From Phoronis australis (Eukaryota > Animalia > Phoronida): a stretch of DNA of 64,000 nt. Location: positions 1-64,000 of the forward strand of contig NMRA01000529.1 of the NCBI GenBank assembly GCA_002633005.1. Direction: 5' to 3'. The notes under the pieces were generated by a model. It did no database searches. It saw only the letters and a list, made by a program, of their open reading frames with translations, and had not been told where the DNA came from. Below, in pieces: positions 53,501-64,000 of the stretch; position 1 is the first letter of the stretch; each line of letters starts with the position of its first letter. Made by a program: the position numbers and the translations under genes.

Positions 53501-56500
53501 ATTACTTATGGTGTAGTTACCCAGTATTACCTATGGTGTAGTTACCCAGTATTACCTATGATGGTTACCCAATATTACCTACGGTATAGTTACCCAGTAT
53601 TACCTATGGTATAGTTACCCAGTATTACCTACGGTATAGTTACCCAGTACTACCTACCGTATAGTTACCCAGTATTACCTACGGTATAGTTACCCAGTAT
53701 TACTTATGGTGTAGTTACCCAGTATTACCTATGATGGTTACCCAATATTACCTACGGTATAGTTACCCAGTATCACCTATGGTATAGTTAACCAGTATTA
53801 CCAGTGGTATAGTTGCCCAGTATTACCTATGGTGTAGTGACCCAGTATTACCTGTGGTGTTGAGGCCATGTTGATTATCAACAACTGAGGAGTTTTCTGC
53901 GTGATCTGGGCCAGTTGTATCAATGGGAATTTACCGTCGTCTGTGTGAATGACAAGCTGCTCGAAGGACCCTAAAAGACAGTCATTTCTCCACTCTTAAA
54001 ACTTGCATTTAAGCTAAACTGAGAACATTAGATTATTAAAATTTCAGACATTAATTATCCAGTTAACTCTGAGATCAAACCGCACAAAACTTATTTTTGT
54101 ATTAAAGTTTGCGTAGCAACAACCAACTTAACTTTGTAGGACAGAAAAAAGTAACATACTGTAGATTTGATGTGATCTGCAAAATGGTGACAAGAAAAAA
54201 TTAAAAGATTCTGAAGTTTTCAAGGAAAGGCATTTTCATCAAAATTCATCGGCATCCGTCAAAGTTACCCCCAAAAACTTAGAACACATTGACATGGAAA
54301 ATAACATTAAATTGCTGAAAAATTATGGGGACATTCCTGCTCTGACATTTAAGTTATTTTTGACGAAAAGAAAGATCGGCAACTGGTTTTGAAAACTACT
54401 GCCACTAACTCCAAGCGATACACAAAGTTGAAGGGGTGACAATGTGGGAGTGGGTGACTCTGTGGTGCAGTATTGTCTCGCATTCCACAAAGTCAACCAC
54501 TGCATATTAACACTGACAGTAACTTTCTGGGCAATAGTCCGACATAACGTGGCTGCATTATGAGATCCAGTTTTGTCCACTGAATAACGGCCATCAAACT
54601 GGTTCTCAAAATGTAGCCATACTGTATCCAACTATGGCCACTTTCTGTTCTTCATGTGCCATAAATAGTAGTGCATACCACACTGCAACTACCTACGATG
54701 CTTCTGAGACTGACCCAAGACCCTATGGAAAAAATTTCGTCCAGGTGTAATCAAGGTAGATAAAATCTTACCCACGTTGGGGACAATTAACAAAGAAAAG
54801 GCCAGCTGGCTTTGAGGACATAAATGGTGCAGTAACAGTTATATGAATTGTAGAGAGATAAGTGGCCTCAGCCAAAACCACTTACTTATTGCCAGGCTGT
54901 ACGACTAGCATCAGTACTTTGTGCTTCATACAAGGGCCATTGTCAAAGTTTGACAAAGTCACAATTAAAATAAAATAAGTTAACACTTGTTTTCCATGAT
55001 TACACTATAATCCGAATGAAGTCCACTGGCCGTTTGCCTTAAAAACCAGTTAATTTTCATGCTAACATAACACTTAGAAGTTGTCCATTTTTGACCAAAT
55101 AGGGCAGCAGTACCTGTTGTTGTCCTAAGCGACAGTTGTGAGGCATAGTTTTGCTTCAGTTCCATAATACTTTGATTGAGTTGTTGGGTGAGTTTATCAT
55201 GATCAAACACACTGTTTAATTCTTCCGAGCTCAATTCCACTTTGGGTTTGCCCAGCTTTGATTTCTTCCCTCCTGAAATCAGTCAGAGAAACAATTTGTT
55301 TAAGGATATCCAGAACCCTAGAAAAATGTCCAAATGTAGCACACTTTGGAACATCACATCTGAGCAAGAACTGATGAGATTCATATGAAACTTTCACATT
55401 TTCTTCTCTAACACGCTGGTACGGGAAAGACTTTCAGTTTGGTACACAAAAAGGTATTCAGGTGAACTTACATGTTATTAAATTTCTGAACAAAATAAGT
55501 TCTGAAAATTTACATTGCTTAGACCTAATATTGCCAAACAACCTTTGGTAAGATACTGAGTATTTGCAATAATGTTGTAAGCCTCTGAATACTAGAAATA
55601 TGAAATTTTCAACATTAAATAAATTTACTTTTGTCGCAAACTGAAGAATTTTTAGTGTAGGAATTGTTTTCAGAATCTTCTACTTTGGCATGAGGGCATT
55701 TCAAAAATAAGACTTTTGTAATGTTGATGGAAAAACTCAAAAGTTGCATAAACCAAAAAAAGAAATGATAATTTATAAAACTGTTACAGCACTTTTGATA
55801 TTTCCTCTAGACCATTTATGTGAAATGAAATTTGGTTGAATGTTTTACCGTAAACGTTCGGGTTAACACCCTGGGCAGTTAACCAGACATGTATTTATTC
55901 ACAACATGCAACCTGGAATTTCCAATATACGGGCCACGGATTACATACATGTATGTGATAAAATGTCACAAAACAACGATGTTTCTATTCATTGTTAAAC
56001 GATCAACTTTACCAAATTTTGTGGTGGAAAAACATTTTTATTTTACATCCAAGATTTCCAGATTATCCTATTGTATAACCTACAATATAGTATTGCGACA
56101 CTGTTCGGTCCCGCTGTTTGCACACTATGTCCCCACAAACGATCGTGACTTGGAAATGTCGGCAAGTAATCGGCCTGTTCAATATGCATCTTTTATTTTA
56201 TGGCAGACAGCGGCAAACAGATTTTCAAGACTTTCTTTCCGGGGTTGAGCACGCGCACATGAGTCACCTGTCAATCACATGATTGTGCAGTCAAGGTAAC
56301 TTGCACTCCAGAGCGTGGGAACTCAGGTGCACGCACCACACCAAAGTCGCACATCAAAAGAAAACAGTGACAGCAGCTTGACTGTAGGTTTAAGCTGACC
56401 GGGTGTTTATTTGAGACTGAACTTGGGCCTCCTGCTCTTAAAAAAAACATACCCCAAAATTGCGACGCGAAGTCTCAGTTCTGATACTTCGCGGCTCGAT

Positions 56501-58784
56501 GTTCCCTAGGCCCCAGGGGTTCACCCCCTCCCACTGCTGCCAATTGACCTATCGCAAGCTCTGCCTCCTGGCGTAATGTTGACTAACAAACAAGTTTTAC
56601 CTGGCAACGTGTTGTTTTTCAGGTAAAACGGCGGCTTGGAAACGAAGGTGCGCCAATAATGCTGCATTCTAAATGGTCAGTTAAGGCGTCACTCAAAATC
56701 CTGGCGATAGGTCAATTTTCAGTCAGCCTACGTCGTAGATATTTCAGACTCGAATAGAAAGGATTTTGTTCCGACTGAAACTAGCCAATGAAGAAACAAA
56801 ATTATTCGAGAGGGCTAAAAAGGCAGGTAGAACCAATATTCACAAAGTTAAGGGAATTCTTAAAAGTTCAAGAGCTTCCCACCTAAAGCGAATTAGGAGT
56901 TTGACAAGACCAGTGTCACGTTTCTCTGGCTTTATTTTTTTGAATATATGTTTTATCCAGAGCACAGCAGACGGAAACTTAGCGCGGCAGACAGCACCGT
57001 TGAAATTGCAGGTATTGAAGCTGGCGGGGTACTTTGGTTTGCGGACTCGGGAAGAAAATAAAGTGACAAAGCGTTCAAGGTATTACATTTTGAAGCAAAT
57101 CCATGACCCGGGATGTTACTATTATAATTCACATTGCTAAACCACCGTCGTAGACGCTGTCATTGCACTCTTTTTTATCATCAATTTATCTAAAAATGGG
57201 TTATCGCGCCTTTCCTTATCACTGGGTGCGTAATCACCAATCTTCAAAAGTTGGGGATGGGCGCTTAACTGAGAGGTGGGCACTTAAGTGGAAACTTCAA
57301 AAATCGCAAAGGGGCGGTTAACCGAGTAGTGGGCGGTTAAATCGAAAATCCACCTTAAGTAGGGGATGGGCTGTTAAGTGAGCATGGGCGCTAACCTGAA
57401 CATTTACGGTAATGTTATTAAATGTTCGACTTTCCTTTCAATAATTTTACTAAAAAGATATGTCCATTTGACGCTAGTACTGGCAGATTGGTAAGAAGTC
57501 CAAAAAGTAAAATTTTACAAGACAGTTGTATTTTGGTATGAGCAGGTCAAGATATTTGCCTACTTGCATCCTGTGCTTGTCTTGAGTGCATTATGGTTTA
57601 AATTGATTACTGTGTAATCGATGACTCCAGCATTAAAGATAGAAGTTCCAAATCTGAACTCAAAATTTCGAGCTTTTACTCTAGCTTGTAGCTTGATTCT
57701 ACATGTCATCAAGGGCAATTTTGGACCATACAGTGCGCTGTGCTACCCATAATACACCCAAGCATAATAACGATAAATATCTATCTTAAAAGTTCGAGTT
57801 AGAGGTGATTATATAATGTCAATTAAATTTAGAGTTTCCAGCAAAAAGATTAGATTCCAGACCCTGATCTAGTAACTTTCAGTACAGTAGTTCTCAAAAA
57901 ATATTTGTTCTCGTCAAAAATCAGTGAAAATATGAAGCAGAGACTGCTGGGACAGTTATCACATAGTGCTCGATTTTCTTCTAGAATTCTAACATGACTT
58001 CGACAAAATCAGATGAGTATCGACGAAAGTCAGCACCTTTGTTGAGAACTAAATGAACTAACATGGTCTGTACTTGAGAAATTAAAAGTCTTAATAGAGG
58101 AATGAAAAGGACGATCTCAACTCTGTGTTAGCTTTGATTATTAGTAGCACTGTAAGTAATCAATTTTGTATATTTCAGAAAAAACTGTAAACCAAGGACA
58201 CTGCACGTTTAAGTTAATAGGGTGGTACCGGACAGAAATCTCTTTTGCCCTGATGGCAAGAAACCATGTTTTCACATTGGCCTCGTTATAGAAATGACAG
58301 GCTGATTATGATTCATGTTGGAAAATATTGCATCCATGGATATTTCTCAAGTTTGTCAGAATTTATGTCGTCGGTGATACAGCCCACGCTGGCTTTTGAA
58401 GGTCAAATATAGTTAAAGCACTAGAACAAAATGAAAAGAAGCAAGGAACCAGACAATAACATTAGGAAACCCAATGATAAGAAAACAAGACGAACTTTTT
58501 GATGAATACTGACATGTGATCTGGGACTGTCTCTCAAATCCAAGCCTACCGAACGACAACGGCATAGTACCTTTCTCCTTTTTTGCTTTCTTAGAATAGC
58601 ACCTGTAGTTGGCCAGCAGCAGGTTGGTGTATTGACGAGCAGGACTCAGTGTAAGATGAGAAGAATTACACACATAATGAATTTGTAACAGCACTGAGCG
58701 TACAGTATAGTGACAACTCAACCTGTAGCTCACACACCCTCGGGCAATGTTGTGGAGAAATCTTGTATTTCGCACCAACGACAT
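47525..58784 (-). CDS. MRRF: Mitochondrial ribosome recycling factor, 273 aa, 7 coding exons
   Basis: Exons 58571-58784, 55114-55272, 53852-53970, 49469-49560, 48601-48690, 48187-48256, 47525-47602 are all phase-compatible (822 nt). Arg-rich transit peptide, then LSLRTTTGSFEQL..DGKFPLIQLAQI..PQLLIINMAS..SGLNVSPQQDGTSLFVPIPKVTRDHREELAK..AKQRELLS*. Confidence 0.95.
48897..49345 (+). mobile_element. Degenerate HIRAN-like domain ORF in a DNA-transposon relic (MRRF intron 4)
   Basis: FEFQSSIRGFHLYTEIWN..RERFNSVDKYAVPVLKGQTIVWHISREISR fits the HIRAN pattern (RGxHxY..RE..N..DxxAV..VGH.PRE). It is followed by sub-terminal-like repeats GGTGCTTATAGGGGCATA. Confidence 0.65.
50990..51814 (-). mobile_element. 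HINE-like element of a second family
   Basis: Terminal hairpin TACTTGGAGAAATTTATTTCGCCAAGTA, adjacent (ACAA)n microsatellite, and repeated CCGCCATCTTGGA. The left boundary is approximate. Confidence 0.45.
52131..53240 (+). mobile_element. 5'-truncated, decayed L2/CR1-group LINE (reverse transcriptase C-terminal part plus 3' UTR)
   Basis: VLYADDTAI..LNNELALIHDWLTQNKLTLNLRKTKSMLLG, then FKYLGHILD, with frameshifts and stops. 3' stem-loop CCTCTT..AAGAGG and an (AATA)n tail at 53225-53240. Confidence 0.9.
53241..53856. repeat. 25-bp minisatellite, ~24 copies, built on the MRRF exon-3 donor
   Basis: CCCAGTATTACCTATGGTATAGTTA in tandem. The last unit is the true donor (CAG|GTAATACTGGG on the - strand). 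Two more units lie at 52080-52130. Confidence 0.95.
55848..57409. mobile_element. Non-autonomous TA-TSD DNA transposon (Tc1/mariner-pogo-like ends)
   Basis: TA|CCGTAAACGTTCGGGTTAACACCC ... GGGCGCTAACCTGAACATTTACGG|TA, with sub-terminal GGGCGCTTAA-type repeats at 57259-57395. No recognisable transposase. Confidence 0.75.
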
Positions 58785-60041
58785 CGTACAAAATCCGAGA
58801 GGTTGTTTTCTGAAAAGATAAATGCCAGTTGTATACATTAGATGCTGTGGGGGTGGGGGAAATGTACCAAAACCCCAAGAATCAAACAGTGAGTACACTG
58901 TCACATTCAAAATATGTTAAATTGCTCATTAGTAAGCAATCATTATAGTTCACAGGTTCCTGTTCTGGTCATAATTTGGTTGGTCTTGATACTCCTCAGA
59001 GAAGCTCTTTTAGATACTACCTTCCATTCCTGATGAGAGAGCAAGTACTCATGTGCCTTTTTCACACTATGTGCCCTAGTCCATCTTTTATTGCATGTAG
59101 GTAATACTTGCAACACTTTAAAAAAAGACGTCGACATAGCGATTCTTGGTCTATGTGAAAAGTGCCCTTATCCAAATACTTTAAGAGCTTTTCTATGAAT
59201 AAAAATTAGAAGAAATGTAAATTTGATTTGTTTTTATCTCGATTGAAATAAGTATTTATACTTACTTTGAAATAAGTATTTATACTTACAGCGTTTCGAA
59301 ACTGGAATCTGGACCTTCAGTATATTTATCACAAAACACCACTTCCCAGAAGCGCACAGTCCCAAATTGTACAATACTTCGCCATTATGAATGCATGCAA
59401 ATAACTCACAGGTACTTGCCTGTCTTTTGTTGGATTTGGTAAACATCATTTAACCAGGAAATATCAAATAGTGTTGAAAATGAGAATATCATAGATTTAG
59501 TTTCATTGATGTTTTCCTTTAATTGCAGTAAATTATTTAATTTCCTTGACACCAAGATCCAAAAGAAACTGGTCCCTGATTTAGAAAATTAAGCAATCAC
59601 TGAGTAACGGGTTCATTACTTAGTGGATGAAACTGGTTCTTTAAATTTGGGACCACTATGTCCGACCAGTGACGAGCCAAAATCGCGAGAGTACAAAAAA
59701 GATAAGTTCTCTTCCAGGCAAATTATCTGGCAATATACAATTTTGAAAATTTTAAATTGTCAATAAAATTTGGACCTTGGCTGTGCTTTCAGTATATTTC
59801 CAACTAAAATAAAATTTAACATAAAACAACTTCCTACTAGTGAAGAAACACAGGCACCAAATGTGCTGTTATTTATTTCAGCACACTCTTTTTCCAGACT
59901 TCAGACTAATTAAATCAAACTAAAATTTAAAATCGCCCAGCATACATGTCGGACGCAGTGCATCTAGTGCTCCCAAGTCACTACGCCTACACTTATGGCG
60001 GAATACCCGGTGCTATGTCTGCGCACAGCTATGTACATGTA

Positions 60042-61514
60042 TAGACAATGACCACCATATCTAGCTGGCTCAGTAGAGACGATGAAGTTTCTGTAGGCAC
60101 TTCATATGCCAGAAGCTTTTTGGGAAATTATCCCCAACACTTAGAAAAACATCAAAGTCACGTTGTTATAAATACCTTTTGCACATAATCATAGAACGAC
60201 ACCTAATTTTCCTTCGAGTAGTCGCAGCTCCTTCAGTTCCCAAAATCGGTAAATCTTCATTTTAACACTGCATGTGGCAGGTGGTATAATGTCATGTCCC
60301 CTGACGTGATCAGTGTAAACACGGCGAGTTACCAATTTTGGGAACTGAACGAAGGACTGCTTGAAGTTGAAGAAAATTTGATATAGTGATACAGTATTTG
60401 TTGGAGTTGAAAGGAATTAAAAACATCGACGGTAAGGTGTCCCTCAGCGTGCAAAAGGTATTTATAACATGATTTTGATGCTGTAGTCCAGGTGAGGCAT
60501 AACTCGACGAAAAGTTTCCGGCGCATGAAGCGCCTATGTAGGAGCTTCGTCGTCTCTACCGTCTAGTACCGAGCTAGGCAATGACCATCGCCTCTGTTGG
60601 CCCGAAGCAGAGGCTATAGGCGCTCTGTACGCCGGAAGCTTTTTGGCGAATTATGCCTCGCGCCGACTAAACCATCAAAGTCACGTTGTTATAAATACCT
60701 TTTGCGCATAGAGGAACACCTTAGGAGGTTGTCGATGTGTTTAATTCCTTCCATCTCGAACAAATACTCCCATTATCAAACTTTTTCTTCCAGCAGTCCC
60801 CATTTCAGTTCCCAAAATCGTGAACTCACCATTTTTATACTGCGCACGCTCCAATTTTTACCGCGCTCACTAGGTGATGTGAATTCATTACCTCAATCTT
60901 TAAATAGGCCAAAGGTGAGCCATTGCGGTCTTGTCAGTCAAATGTTCGTTTCCAAAATGCCACCACTTATACTTGTCTTTAATTGGCGTTACTTGAAACT
61001 GATTGTATTTCAATGAATCATTGTTTGTATTTGATAAAAATAAATGCTGTTGATATGACATTTAATAGTCTTTGTGCACATATTTGACATTTTAATGTTT
61101 AACAACACGGCAAATGCACGGCTGGTTCCCGGCAGCACGCACGCGAAGGGCGGGAACTTCAGCTTTCAAAGTTCGCCGGTAGGTCCGCAACTTCTGACCT
61201 TCGGCTTGGTTAAAAAATGAAAAAGTTGATTTTTCACGATTTTGGGAACTGAAATAGGGACTGCTCGAAGAAGAAGTTTCATAACGGGAGTATTTGTTCG
61301 AGTTGGAAGGAATTAAACACATTGACAACCTCCCGGGTGATGCGCAAAAGGTATTTATAACAACGTGACTTTGATGGTTTAGTCGGTGCAAGGCATAATT
61401 CGCCGAAAAGCTTCCGGCATACAGAGCACCTATAGCCTCTGCATCGCCTCTGCTTCGGGCCAACAGAGGCGAAGGTCATTGCCCAGTACCGAGCCAGCTA
61501 GGGACGGTGGTCGT
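60042..61514. mobile_element. Older, diverged long-TIR element interrupted by the younger MULE-like copy
   Basis: Left end TAGACAATGACCACC..CTAGCTGGCTCAGTAGAGACGATGAAG. The inverted arm at 60330-60574 continues after the insertion as CAGCTAGGGACGGTGGTCG. Confidence 0.6.
60575..61485. mobile_element. Non-autonomous MULE/Mutator-like element with ~250-bp TIRs and 9-bp TSD
   Basis: 60575-~60830 is inverted at ~61230-61485. TSD GTACCGAGC at 60566-60574 and 61486-61494. Confidence 0.88.
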
Positions 61515-62392
61515 ACGGCGACGGTGGTACAGGCAAATTTCTCGTTGGCCGACTGGTTAAGAAACCTGGCTTGGAAGTGGAAGGTGTTAGTTTCAAAACT
61601 TGAAGACTAAGTGACTTTTCACTGCAAAAGTTACAGCAGCTGAAAACGAGCGGGGTTTTAGTTACATTTTCACAAATTCACACTGCTCGCAAGGGCGCCG
61701 CCATTTTCTCAGTGCACCCATGTATTGTTCTGGGCTTATTATAAAAATGTTAAAACTTGATAAATCGATGAGTTCTAGAGCTAAAAAAAACCTAAAATTT
61801 CCGGAATTTCTTCTCACTAAAAGATTATAATGCATTTATGTCTTACATTCTTAAAACATAATTTGGCCAGAATTCGTGTGCTGAAAACCGGAAGTCAGAA
61901 ATACGTTCTCTGTGGTATGTGGACTGGACGGAGAACGGTCTCAGGAATAGCTCTCAGAACTGAGTTGAGACAAGGCTCTGCTTATTGCTGACGCACAATG
62001 CCAATATCCCAGGCAGATATTTTCTTTGTAAGTATTTAAAACCGTTATCTGTTCTGAAAAGAAATATGGCATCTCCTTCTTGTCTTGTAGTTCCCTGCCC
62101 TGCGATTGTTTGGCGCACAGGCGTCCTCAGCTTCTGATCGTCCCCAATACACTACATATAATACTACAAGGTATGACACTCCCGACTAGAAATTCCACGG
62201 GTGCTTCACTTCAGCTGTCCATAGCAAACATAAAACTCAATAAATGTACACAAAACCGGGGTTCAACAAACCATGAGGAATTGTTCTTTCTCCCAATACC
62301 ATTCACGGTGTCCTGTTACGGCGACTTCGTAAGAAATTCGCAGTCAAAGAACAAAAATTTTCACAAAAAGCCCCCACACACTTTCACCCTGG

Positions 62393-62843
62393 GCCCGTTA
62401 GCGAATAGCTAACAGAGGCTCATATGATTCACCGGAAGCACATCTACAACATCCCCCTCTTCCCTACGGAACGGGCATGCCACCAGGAAGGTGAACACCC
62501 GGAGTGGATGTCTCGCATACAGGTCATCAACGTCTCTTGGTACCTTTACCACCACAACACAGGTGAACACAAGGTAGTCTCTCAAACAGGTCCTTGACTC
62601 CTGGAACCTTCCATGTGCGCCTTCCCGAGGTCCACGGGTACTAGTTGGCAGTGCTTCATCAGTAGATCATCCGTTTGCCGACTAGGCCATTTGTAGTAAT
62701 AGCCGAGATTACCCGACCCGGGAATCGAACCAGCGACCCCCATAAAACTGGCAAGCGTGCTAACCATTCAGCAAATAGGCAATTGCCCATTAGCGAGTAG
62801 CTAACAGAGGCTCATGTGATTCACCGGAAGCACATCTACAACA
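62393..62843 (-). mobile_element. Miniature non-autonomous LTR retrotransposon (TRIM) with a tRNA-like sequence inside the LTR
   Basis: 5' LTR 62843-62692 (TGTTGTA...TACTACA). PBS TGGCCTAGTCGGCA at 62689-62676. 240-bp interior. PPT AGGGAAGAGGGGGA at 62465-62452. Truncated 3' LTR 62451-62393. A/B boxes lie at 62711-62780. Confidence 0.8.
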
Positions 62844-64000
62844 TTATGATGACTCGAGTCGCGACCGAGTTCAACATCAGCGAAAGGTAGGCAATTACGT
62901 TGTCCTGGATGCCACAGGAATACACGGGTGATAGTACATCCCCACCAAAAGTTACAAATTTCAAAGTACAGGAAATAAAATCAAATGAAACATGCATATA
63001 TATAATATATGCATATTATGCACATGGAGTTATAATTAACACATGGAGACGATTCAGTCAAGATAATTTGAACAAATCGATGAAAATCTGTTGCGGTTTG
63101 CTCGAGTTTCTCTTACTGGGTGCCATCTTGAAATCCTGCATGTTGATAAATAAGAAGTCCAAGGGACACAAATCTTACAAAATATATTTCACCTGATACA
63201 TCCCATGCTATTTTGCAAGTGTAGTGTGCTTCACACAGTCTCGCGCTAGCCTTTGCCTAACCTATGTGACTCATGCACTCGCCAGTTAAAATACTTTGCG
63301 GTCGTCGTGCGCGTGGTGAAAAAGTTAACGTTGACCAAAAAAGTGGAGTTGGAATTCTTCGCCAAAGATATGTATAGAAGTAGAAAGGACCACTGAGAAA
63401 GTAAGCGCTATTTTAAGTGATAGTTTTAAATGTGGAATGTATTTTTGACGAGGTGAAAACTCCTCATCAGTGACTGCTTTTGGCTTACTGCCCCTGTAAA
63501 ATACACGGGACAAAATTCCTACAGAAAGTGATGGGAAGTATTGTAGCCCCTAAATGGCCAACCGAGGGGCTACGTGTTGCCCTAAACGAAAGAAGTTCGA
63601 CTCTAAAACAGAAATGTGACGGTGTCAGCGTCCTTACCGAGCAATAGAGACGGTGATGCTCCCATAGGGCCTTCATATGCGGAAGCTTTTTCAATGAATT
63701 ATTACTGACACTGCAGTGGTGGACGCTTAAGCTGAACGTTAATTCGCATTGGCAGCCTAGCAAAAATCCCAGGTGGTCAAACGAAATCTGAGGTCACCAA
63801 AACAAAATCCCAGGATGCCAAATAGGTTATTATTTCAATCTGACTCCACTATTTTCTGAATCCTCTTGTGGTGAACCTTAACCCTTATAGTGCTTTACAC
63901 TGTAACCAGTGTCCAGACCAGCCAGGCTGGCTAGTTTTAGGTCAAGCTCAATATTAACACCATCAATTGTTTTAATCAAAAATTTAACAAACCAGTTTGA

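Noticed and set aside
56766-57140. 124-aa ORF as a transposase
   Set aside because: No DDE or HTH motif is recognisable; probably incidental within the non-autonomous element.
60329-61479. Similar ORFs (RRKLFGELCL..KYLL) on both strands as a small protein family
   Set aside because: They are translations of the same non-coding TIR in inverted orientation, with differing frameshifts.
63878-64000. piggyBac-like end TTAACCCTT
   Set aside because: The partner TIR is not visible within the window, so it cannot be supported.

Overview
This is eukaryotic, intron-rich, AT-rich genomic DNA from a draft assembly, probably a marine invertebrate bilaterian. It has N-gaps at 27559-28375 and 44067-44240. 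Splicing by hand gives four protein-coding genes: (1) the last exon of FAM78 (+, 595-1147); (2) NUP214 (-, 5964-41523, 29 exons, ~1940 aa), tail-to-tail with FAM78; (3) a BCL10-like CARD gene (+, from 41682), head-to-head with NUP214 and not evident from the ORF track; (4) mitochondrial ribosome recycling factor MRRF (-, 47525-58784, 7 exons, 273 aa). Introns and intergenic DNA hold many small mobile elements: a Kolobok-like element, Helentron-type HINEs carrying a CTCF-motif satellite, nested MULE-like elements with a 55-bp minimal derivative, an L2/CR1 LINE fragment, a HIRAN-bearing relic, and a miniature LTR element with a tRNA-like Pol III promoter inside its LTR. Tandem repeats built from exon ends plus splice sites recur in three genes. 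All calls were made by eye; no database searches were run.
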